This document shows positions 46,922 to 54,352 of a stretch of DNA of 64,000 bases, one piece after another. The stretch lies in NCBI GenBank assembly GCA_049521375.1, contig JBEKOW010000001.1, forward strand, positions 2,850 to 66,849. The letters are read 5' to 3'. Both the position numbers and the translations under genes were made by a program. The DNA is from Terriglobales bacterium (GTDB taxonomy: Bacteria; Acidobacteriota; Terriglobia; Terriglobales; Acidobacteriaceae). The notes under the pieces are model-generated. The model worked only from the letters and a program-made list of their open reading frames with translations. It had not been told where the DNA came from and did not search any database. Numbering within the stretch: the first letter of the stretch is position 1; each line of letters starts with the position of its first letter.

Positions 46922-47151
46922 GGCAGTCTCCCAAATATTATGGCGTTACTTCGTTGAGTGGCCGGGCGCACAAAAGAACGAGTTGTCCCAGTTCCTGCCG
47001 GATGGATTCAACCGGGCGTGGCCGCTTCCTTAACGATTGTTTACTGATTCAGTATAAACCCGAAACGCGCGTCACTCTGAATCATGAATGTTGATAAGTG
47101 AGGCTTAGGAAAACTCTGATTACCCGTACTGCGGACCCATCCTGGAACGCG

Positions 47152-47337
47152 TCAGATGTCGAGTCGCAGGAGTCTTGCATTCATCTTAGCGTCCGCCAGA
47201 CGGCGCGCCCGCGCCGTGTCCTCCGCTGCCCTCCATCGCTCTCCCGACAGAAATAGCGGGAGACAACTTAGGAAATAAGCGACGTAAATGCTTACAAAAA
47301 CGGCTACAAAAATTCCTCCAGATCTAGCCGCTTCCAT
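47152..47337 (-). CDS. Possible small single-pass membrane protein (61 aa)
   Basis: There is one hydrophobic helix, 'IFVAVFVSIYVAYFLSCLPLFL'. Support is weak and no homology was recognised. Confidence 0.2.
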   Translation of the reverse strand: MEAARSGGIFVAVFVSIYVAYFLSCLPLFLSGERWRAAEDTARARRLADAKMNARLLRLDI

Positions 47338-47687
47338 GTCAGTCTCCTACAAAAAGTTTACACCTTACTAGGCTCAGGCGGGACATTCCGGCGCTGTCCA
47401 ACCCCAAAAATATAATCGCAGATATTGAGGACACTCCCCAAATCCGGGTAGCATCCTAACCTGGTTTCTCACCACAGCGACATAGAAAACCCCAACTGCT
47501 TGGTGAAAACCTTCCGCTTCTTTGGTTTCCTTAAGGTTTGGGTGTTCTCCGTGACTCTGTGACTCGGTGGTGAATGAATTGGAATTAGGACACTACCCAA
47601 AAGTGGGCCGAGTAGCGAGTTCCCCCTCCATTGTGCTATCCTCAAACTCGTTACGAAAATGAGAAGAGACAGGAGTGCAATAGGTTA

Positions 47688-47954
47688 GTGCTAGCCAGAG
47701 AGCAAAAGCAATCCGTCGTTGACACGTATCGCACGCACCCTACCGATACCGGAAGCCCGGAAGTTCAAATCGCGCTATTGAGCGAGCGCATCGGTCAGTT
47801 GACGGAACACTTCAAAACGCACCTGAAAGATCACGGCTCACGCCGCGGACTTCTCATGATGGTGAGCCGGCGTCGCCGCCTCCTCGACTATCTTAAGAAG
47901 TACGACTCGGAACGGTACAAGACCGTTATTTCCAAGCTCGGCATCCGCAAATAA
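47688..47954 (+). CDS. rpsO: 30S ribosomal protein S15
   Basis: The GTG start at 47688 lies 12 nt after AGGAG. '[50 protein letters not shown]' is canonical S15. Confidence 0.95.
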   Translation: MLAREQKQSVVDTYRTHPTDTGSPEVQIALLSERIGQLTEHFKTHLKDHGSRRGLLMMVSRRRRLLDYLKKYDSERYKTVISKLGIRK

Positions 47955-47960
47955 ACGTGA

Positions 47961-47984
47961 CCGGCCCAGTGGGGGCCGGATTTC
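47961..47984 (+). terminator. rpsO-pnp intergenic hairpin (attenuator/processing site)
   Basis: CCGGCCCagtgGGGGCCGG is followed by ATTT, in the position where rpsO terminators and RNase III sites lie in other bacteria. Confidence 0.5.
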
Positions 47985-48108
47985 AACTCCGAGAGCCTTA
48001 ACAACGTGCGTTTTCCCGACCGCGAGCCGCACTGGCATTCGCCTTTTGCCTATCCAGGCGAACTCCGCATTGGCGCGCCCGCGCTCCTGCCAAAATAAAG
48101 GATGACTT

Positions 48109-50559
48109 ATGAAGCCTGAACCTACCGTAGTTACCGTCGAAATCGCTGGCGGCAAAACCCTCTCCTTCGAAACCGGAAAGCTCGCCAAGCAGGCCCATGG
48201 TTCCGCCCTCGTGCGCCTCGGCGAGAACGTTGTGCTTGCGACCGCTGTCGCCAATCCCGAGCCGCGCACCGGCATCGACTTTTTCCCGCTCACCGTCGAC
48301 TACCGCGAATACACCTATGCCGGCGGACGTATTCCCGGTGGATTCATCAAGCGCGAAGGCCGCATGAGCGAGCGCGAAGTGCTCACGAGCCGCCAGATTG
48401 ACCGTCCCATCCGCCCCATGTTCGCCGAAGGTTTCAAATGCGAGACGCAGGTCATCGCCTTCGTGCTCTCCGCCGACACCGAAAACGATCCCGATGTAGT
48501 CGGCATCAACGCCGCTTCCGCCGCGCTGACAGTTTCTGACATTCCATTCCTCGGCCCCATCGGCGCCGTGCGCGTCGGCCTGGTGGAGGGCCGCTTCATC
48601 GCCAATCCCACCTATAGCGAGATGCGCGAAGGCCTGCTGAACATCATGGTTGTCGGCACCTCCGAAGCCATCCTGATGATCGAATCCGGCGCCAAGGAAG
48701 TAAAAGAAGAAACAGTAGTCGATGCGATTGAATTCGCGCACACCGAAATTAAAAAGATTTGCGCCGCCATCGAAGAGCTGCGCCGCAAGGTCGGCAAGCC
48801 CAAGCGTAAGGTAACGCCTCCCGAATTCGACAACGCCTACTATAAAGAGTTGGAGTCGAAAATCGGCGCGCGCCTGTCCGACGCTCTCGACACCCAGAAG
48901 CATCCGAAATCCGAAAGCTACGAACTCGTCCGAACTCTGGAAAAAGAACAACTGGCCGCCATCCCGGAAGAAGACGCTGCGGCCAAAGCGAAATTCAAGG
49001 AATATTACGAGACCCTGCGCGAACGTATCTTCCGCGACCAGGTCATCCACAAAAAGCATCGTCCCGACGGTCGAGCCTTCGATCAGATCAGGGAAATCTG
49101 GATCGAGGTCGGAGTTCTCCCGCGCGCCCACGGCAGCGCCGTATTCACCCGCGGCGAAACCCAGGCGCTGGTCACCACCACCCTCGGCACCAGTGACGAT
49201 ATGCAGCGCCTCGAAGGCTTCGAAGGCGAAGCCAAAAAGCGCTTCATGCTGCACTACAATTTCCCGCCCTTTTCCGTCGGAGAAGTCGCTTTCCTCCGTG
49301 GCGCAGGTCGCCGCGAAATCGGCCATGGCGCTCTCGCCGAGCGCGCCGTTTCATCCGTCCTTCCGACAGAAGACAACTGGCCCTACGCGATGCGCGTAGT
49401 CTCCGACATTCTGGAATCGAACGGCTCCTCGTCGATGGCCACCATCTGCGGTGCGTCGCTCTCGCTGATGGACGCAGGCGTCCCGCTCAAGGCCCCGGTA
49501 GCCGGAGTCGCGATGGGTCTGGTCAAAGAAGGCGACCAGTACGCCATCCTCACCGACATCGCGGGCGCAGAAGATCACTACGGCGACATGGATTTCAAAG
49601 TCGCCGGAACCAAGGAAGGCATCACCGCCCTCCAGATGGATATCAAGGTTGGCGGCATCACCGCCCAGATCATGCGCGAAGCTCTCGCCCAGGCCCAGCG
49701 CGGACGCCTCTTCATCCTCGGCAAGATGGATGAAGTCCTCACCGAACAGCGCGTCAAAGTTTCGGCCTACGCTCCCAGAATCTATACCCTTCAGATCCCG
49801 GTCGATAAGATTCGCGACGTGATTGGGCCAGGCGGCAAGATGATTCGCAGCATCATCGAGCAGACCGGAGTAAAAATCGACGTCGAAGATTCCGGCAAGG
49901 TCAACGTAGCTTCGAACGACGAAGTCTCCGCCAACAAAGCGCTCCAGATTATCCGCGATCTCACTGCCTCCGCCGAAGTAGGGAAGACCTACCTCGGAAA
50001 AGTAAGCCGCCTCGCCGACTTCGGCGCGTTCGTCGAAATTCTTCCCGGCCTCGATGGACTGCTCCACATCAGCGAAGTTGCCGAACACAGAATCAAAGAT
50101 GTCCGTGACGAACTCAAAGAGGGCGACCAGGTCCTGGTAAAAGTCCTGGCCGTCGAAGGCAACCGCATCAAGCTCTCGCGCAAGGCCATCCTGAAAGAGC
50201 AGCGCGCCAAAATGGGTGGCGGCGCTCCTCCCCCTCCGGAAGGTGACATGGCTCCGGAAGGCGACGTCGCTCCCGCAGTCGCGCAGGGCACGCCCACCGC
50301 GGTGATCGAAGGCGGAGCTGATTTTGACGCCGACGACGAGCCGAACTTCAACCGCGTCGATGCCATGGCCGGTTCCGTCGAGCCAGTAGCGGCAGCGCGC
50401 CCCGATGGTGGCCGCGATTCTCGTGGAGGCGGCGGAGGCGATCGCGATCGCAATCGTCGTCGAGGTCGTGGACGCGGCCCAGGAGGCGGCGGTGGTGGTG
50501 GTGGCCGCGGAGGCCATGGTGGTCACAGCGGCGGTGGTGGTGGCAGAGGAAGACGCTAG
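48109..50559 (+). CDS. pnp: Polyribonucleotide nucleotidyltransferase (PNPase) with a ~118-aa Gly/Arg-rich C-terminal extension
   Basis: Two RNase PH domains, a KH domain ('IRDVIGPGGKMIRSI') and an S1 domain ('GKVSRLADFGAFVEI') are present. The tail ends 'RRRGRGRGPGGGGGGGGRGGHGGHSGGGGGRGRR'. Confidence 0.95.
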   Translation: MKPEPTVVTVEIAGGKTLSFETGKLAKQAHGSALVRLGENVVLATAVANPEPRTGIDFFPLTVDYREYTYAGGRIPGGFIKREGRMSEREVLTSRQIDRPIRPMFAEGFKCETQVIAFVLSADTENDPDVVGINAASAALTVSDIPFLGPIGAVRVGLVEGRFIANPTYSEMREGLLNIMVVGTSEAILMIESGAKEVKEETVVDAIEFAHTEIKKICAAIEELRRKVGKPKRKVTPPEFDNAYYKELESKIGARLSDALDTQKHPKSESYELVRTLEKEQLAAIPEEDAAAKAKFKEYYETLRERIFRDQVIHKKHRPDGRAFDQIREIWIEVGVLPRAHGSAVFTRGETQALVTTTLGTSDDMQRLEGFEGEAKKRFMLHYNFPPFSVGEVAFLRGAGRREIGHGALAERAVSSVLPTEDNWPYAMRVVSDILESNGSSSMATICGASLSLMDAGVPLKAPVAGVAMGLVKEGDQYAILTDIAGAEDHYGDMDFKVAGTKEGITALQMDIKVGGITAQIMREALAQAQRGRLFILGKMDEVLTEQRVKVSAYAPRIYTLQIPVDKIRDVIGPGGKMIRSIIEQTGVKIDVEDSGKVNVASNDEVSANKALQIIRDLTASAEVGKTYLGKVSRLADFGAFVEILPGLDGLLHISEVAEHRIKDVRDELKEGDQVLVKVLAVEGNRIKLSRKAILKEQRAKMGGGAPPPPEGDMAPEGDVAPAVAQGTPTAVIEGGADFDADDEPNFNRVDAMAGSVEPVAAARPDGGRDSRGGGGGDRDRNRRRGRGRGPGGGGGGGGRGGHGGHSGGGGGRGRR

Positions 50560-50592
50560 AAAACAGTCCTTAGCTCTCGTTCTCAGAACATG

Positions 50593-50623
50593 AAAAAGGG
50601 CCGCAGCGATGCGGCCCTTTTTG
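50593..50623. terminator. Bidirectional rho-independent terminator (pnp and the convergent SDR gene)
   Basis: AAAAA-GGGCCGCagcgatGCGGCCC-TTTTT. Confidence 0.7.
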
Positions 50624-50645
50624 CTTCCACCCAGCAATCCGGTCG

Positions 50646-51428
50646 TCAGAACGACAGCCGTTTGAAAATCCCTTCCGGAATGTGTTCCACCGCGCTCATC
50701 ACATATCTCCAGATCTTCGGAGCGTAGACCACGTCCGGCGCCCGCCGCTCCAAAGCGCGCACAATGTCGCGTCCCACCACCTCAGGATCGGCAAAGCGCC
50801 CCGCGCCAGCAAGATGGTCGGTCATTGGAGTCTGCACCGGTCCCGGCTTAATAGTAATCACCGCAACGCCGGCGGCATGTAACCGGCTCCGCAGCCCTTG
50901 CAGAAAAAGCGCGAGCGCTCCCTTTGCGGACCCGTAAACGTAGTTCGACCGCCGTCCCCGATCCCCGGCGACCGAAGTAATCGCGGCAATACAGCCCATG
51001 CGACGCCGCTCAAGCTCAGCCGCGAATAGCGTAAGAATCGCCGATGCGCTAACGAAATTAATATTGAGTTCATCTAGCAGAGTCTCGACCGACGCTTCCG
51101 ACTGCTTCTGCTCATGCAACGACCCATAGGCCAGCAGCACCGTGTCGTAATCCGAAAACGATCGTCGGACAAAATCCACAATTGCAGCATGTTGTGGAGT
51201 GGAAGCCAGGTCGGCCTCCCATATCAGCACCTGCTTTGCCCCGCGCGCCAGCAGGTCGGACTGCACCGCCTCCAGTCGCTCAGATGACCGTGCCACCAGC
51301 AGCAACTCGCATCCCCGCCGCGCCAGTTGCCGCTGTACCTCCATCGCAATGCCGGATGTAGCTCCAAGCACAACGACCTTCCTCAAAGCTGCGACCCGAG
51401 AACCCGCCGAGCCCATCGTCATGGTCAT
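50646..51428 (-). CDS. Short-chain dehydrogenase, DprE2-like (polyprenyl-phospho-2-keto-pentofuranose reductase candidate)
   Basis: The SDR motifs 'LGATSGIA' and 'YGSAK' are present in a ~260-aa protein. Its ATG (51426-51428) overlaps the upstream stop as ATGA, and it is third in the operon after the UbiA-like and DprE1-like genes. Confidence 0.65.
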   Translation of the reverse strand: MTMTMGSAGSRVAALRKVVVLGATSGIAMEVQRQLARRGCELLLVARSSERLEAVQSDLLARGAKQVLIWEADLASTPQHAAIVDFVRRSFSDYDTVLLAYGSLHEQKQSEASVETLLDELNINFVSASAILTLFAAELERRRMGCIAAITSVAGDRGRRSNYVYGSAKGALALFLQGLRSRLHAAGVAVITIKPGPVQTPMTDHLAGAGRFADPEVVGRDIVRALERRAPDVVYAPKIWRYVMSAVEHIPEGIFKRLSF

Positions 51429-52795
51429 TGTGGCCCCGTGACGCGCCGCCAGAACGACGACGACATTTTTGGATCGATATAAGGAACGAAACTCCGCCAC
51501 CGCGGGAATGAAGACTCGAACATTGCGCTGCTCATGCGAGCGTCCTTGGCGGGGTAAAGCGCGCCGCCGCTCTGCCACACGACATCATCCAGCGAACGCA
51601 GCAGTTCCAAGGTTCGTTCCCCGCGCATCGCAAAATCAAGCGCCAGAGTCAGCCCGGGACGCGGGAATGACAGCATTCCGGCCGCCGGAGCGGTGCCGAA
51701 TTGCTTGAGCACGCCGAGAAAAGAACCCATCCCCGAGTGCGCGATGCGATCCAGCAGCTCTTCGAGCGCCGCGAGGTTCGCCGACGGCAGCACGCACTGG
51801 TATTGCAGAAACCCCTGCTTGCCGTAAAGCAGGTTCCACTGCCGCAGCGAGTCGAGTGGATAGAAAAACGAATCATAGCCCACCCGCGTCGTGCCTCGCT
51901 TGGCTGCATGCGCGTAATAATAGGCGGTGTTGAATGCCTTCACCGTGCCGCGGTTCAGCACCCACGCGGGCAAAGCAAAGGGAAGTTTCGGACCCAGTTT
52001 CGGACGCAGCTTTCCGCCCGCTTCGGCCGCATGATTTCCGCGGAAAAAAATCCCCCGCGCCTTCTTTCCCGCAAAACAGTCTAACCACGCCACCGTGTAC
52101 TCGAACCGCCCATCGCTCTCGCCGCTGAGATCCAGAAATCCAGCTAGAGATTCAAAGGGGACAAGTTCGCAATCGATCCACGGTCCAGCCACCGGTCGAA
52201 GTTGAATATCGGCCCACGCAATAACGCCCGTCAGCCCAAGCCCGCCAATCGTGGCGCGAAACATCTCTGCATTCTCGCTCGGACTGCAGAACACCGGCCC
52301 TTCGCCCGACCGGTGCAGCCCCAGTTGGCGTACATGAGCCCCGAACGTCCCCGCGCAATGATGATTCTTGCCATGCACATCGTTCGCAATCGCTCCCCCC
52401 ACCGTCACAAACTTCGTGCCCGGAGTCACCGGAACGAACCAGCCCTTGGGAAGAAACACTTCGATGATCTCGGCGAAACTGGCTCCGCTTTCGCACCGCA
52501 GCACGCCCGTCGCTTCGTCAAAGCCAAGTATGCGGTTAAGCCGCCGGCAGTCCACCAGCGCCCGCTGCGCGTTCAGGCACGAGTCGCCATAGCTGCGGCC
52601 CATCCCGTAAGGCAGTAATTCTCCAGCCGACGCGCCTTTGACAATCGCCGGAATCTGATCATCCCACGCCGGTTTGTACACGTGGCTGTGTATGGTCTTC
52701 GGATAGCGTCCCCATGAGAGGTAGCTGCCCGTGCGCATTTCGGCGCGCTCGCCCGCTGCCGGCTCTTTCCGCAACGCTGTGGATTGCGCAGGCAT
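51425..52795 (-). CDS. FAD-dependent oxidase, DprE1-like (polyprenyl-phospho-ribose 2'-oxidase candidate)
   Basis: 456 aa. Blocks align by hand with my recollection of M. tuberculosis DprE1: 'GMGRSYGD', 'VTVGGAIANDVHGKNHH', 'GGLGLTGVI', 'GKQGFLQYQCVLP', 'LSFPRPG..L.LDF' and 'GGALYPAKDAR'. Confidence 0.75.
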   Translation of the reverse strand: MPAQSTALRKEPAAGERAEMRTGSYLSWGRYPKTIHSHVYKPAWDDQIPAIVKGASAGELLPYGMGRSYGDSCLNAQRALVDCRRLNRILGFDEATGVLRCESGASFAEIIEVFLPKGWFVPVTPGTKFVTVGGAIANDVHGKNHHCAGTFGAHVRQLGLHRSGEGPVFCSPSENAEMFRATIGGLGLTGVIAWADIQLRPVAGPWIDCELVPFESLAGFLDLSGESDGRFEYTVAWLDCFAGKKARGIFFRGNHAAEAGGKLRPKLGPKLPFALPAWVLNRGTVKAFNTAYYYAHAAKRGTTRVGYDSFFYPLDSLRQWNLLYGKQGFLQYQCVLPSANLAALEELLDRIAHSGMGSFLGVLKQFGTAPAAGMLSFPRPGLTLALDFAMRGERTLELLRSLDDVVWQSGGALYPAKDARMSSAMFESSFPRWRSFVPYIDPKMSSSFWRRVTGPQ

Positions 52796-52796
52796 A

Positions 52797-54257
52797 TTAA
52801 AAGTTCACGCTTATCATGCTTCCGGCGATCACCGCCGCCGAGGCCAGTGCCGCCCCATAGCTGACCCGGTCGCGAATCGCGAGCGTTACCGGATCCTCAT
52901 TCAACTCGCCGCGATGCGCCTGTAGCCAGGTCCGGCTCAGCCAGTAGAGAACAATCGGGCAAAGCAAAAGCAGCCATTCGGGCGACGGGTAAAGCACCCG
53001 CACTTCCTGGCTATGCACGTACAGACTGAGAATGACCACCGCCGAAAAGCTGCTCCCAACTCCAAGGGCGAGCAGAAGTTCGCGATCTGCCACTCGATAC
53101 CCGCGCCCCGACTTTCCGGACGCGATCAGGTCATTTGCATGGAGCAATTCCGAATAGCGCTTCGCCATTGCGAGGCTGAGAAAGAAAAACATCGCGAACG
53201 CCAGAAACCACTGTGACAGCGGCGTCGCCGAAATCATTGCGCCCGCGAGAATTCGGAAACTGTAAAAGCTGGAGAGCACAAAAACATCAAGCAGCGCAAT
53301 CTTCTTCAAATGGAGCGAGTACCAGGTCGTGAGCGCCGCATATCCCAGCAGCACCAGCCCAAATTGCGCGTCGAGCAGCAGGCCCAACCCGATCGCCGAG
53401 CATAGCAGCCCGAACGCTGCGAACAGGCCCTCGGGAATCGAAATATTCCCCGCCGCAAATGGCCGCTCTTTTTTCCACGGATGCTCGCGATCCGAATGCA
53501 GGTCAAACAGGTCGTTGAGAATATAAAGCCCCGAAGCGCACAGCCCGTAGAGCCCAAACCCCGCCAGCGTGCGGACCACAGGCTCGATCGCCAGATTGTG
53601 CGAAAGCGCCAGCGGCAGAAATAGCAGAAGGTTTTTTGCCCAGTGGTGGCCGCGCAGGGCATCGATCCACGTTCGCAAAGAAGTCCGCGGCTCGGCGATC
53701 CTGGCCTTGAGCGTCGTAACTTCCGCCGCCTGCAATGCGCGCGCCGCGCTTCCAACCACGTACGCTGCCCGGGACTGCCGCCACACCTCCAGGTCGGCGG
53801 TCGAATCTCCAATGTAATCAAAGCCCGTTGAGGCGAAATGCTGCACCAAAAACGCCGCCTTCTCCGCTCCCTTCAGATTCGTTTCGCCGTCGCTGGCGTG
53901 CACTTCGTCGAATAGTCCCAAATGGTCGGAGATCGACCTGGCCAGCTTGTGATCCGCCGCCGTAACCAGCGCAACCCGGCGTCCGGCGAGCCTTTCCTGA
54001 CGCAGAAGATCGACCACTTCCTGACGATACGGAAGGTGCGTGGCATCAAGCTGGATGCGGCCCGCAAGCTGCTTCTTGAGAAACGCGCGTCCCCGAAGCA
54101 GCCAGAACGGCAGCAGAAATAGAACAGCAGGATGCGTTTTGAGCAGGACGAGGATGCACTCCCACAGCAGATTTCCCCGGATCAGTGTGCCGTCGAGGTC
54201 GACGCACAACACCGGCGATGTTTCCTTCGCGGCTTGGGTTCCGGCCACAGACCCCAT
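52797..54257 (-). CDS. Fusion protein: N-terminal HAD-superfamily phosphatase plus C-terminal UbiA-family polyprenyl-phosphate phosphoribosyltransferase-like domain
   Basis: HAD motif I 'CVDLDGTL', 'LVTAA' and 'GDSTADL' lie in the first ~190 aa. A polytopic UbiA domain follows, with 'YILNDLFDLHSDREHPWKKERPFAAG' (NDxxDxxxD, similar to Rv3806c-type enzymes). Its stop lies 1 nt from the next start. Confidence 0.7.
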   Translation of the reverse strand: MGSVAGTQAAKETSPVLCVDLDGTLIRGNLLWECILVLLKTHPAVLFLLPFWLLRGRAFLKKQLAGRIQLDATHLPYRQEVVDLLRQERLAGRRVALVTAADHKLARSISDHLGLFDEVHASDGETNLKGAEKAAFLVQHFASTGFDYIGDSTADLEVWRQSRAAYVVGSAARALQAAEVTTLKARIAEPRTSLRTWIDALRGHHWAKNLLLFLPLALSHNLAIEPVVRTLAGFGLYGLCASGLYILNDLFDLHSDREHPWKKERPFAAGNISIPEGLFAAFGLLCSAIGLGLLLDAQFGLVLLGYAALTTWYSLHLKKIALLDVFVLSSFYSFRILAGAMISATPLSQWFLAFAMFFFLSLAMAKRYSELLHANDLIASGKSGRGYRVADRELLLALGVGSSFSAVVILSLYVHSQEVRVLYPSPEWLLLLCPIVLYWLSRTWLQAHRGELNEDPVTLAIRDRVSYGAALASAAVIAGSMISVNF

Positions 54258-54352
54258 GGGAATATCGTCGCAAACGGCACGGCGAAACGGGCAGACAAGT
54301 CACACACGTAGGTAACCTGGGTAACATGCGCGCAGAGCGGCGGAACGTTAGT

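Noticed and set aside
47998-50637. Two long minus-strand ORFs (442 and 428 aa) antisense to pnp
   Set aside because: The PNPase frame is unambiguous. The antisense products are Gly/Ala/Asp/Phe-rich with no domain signatures.
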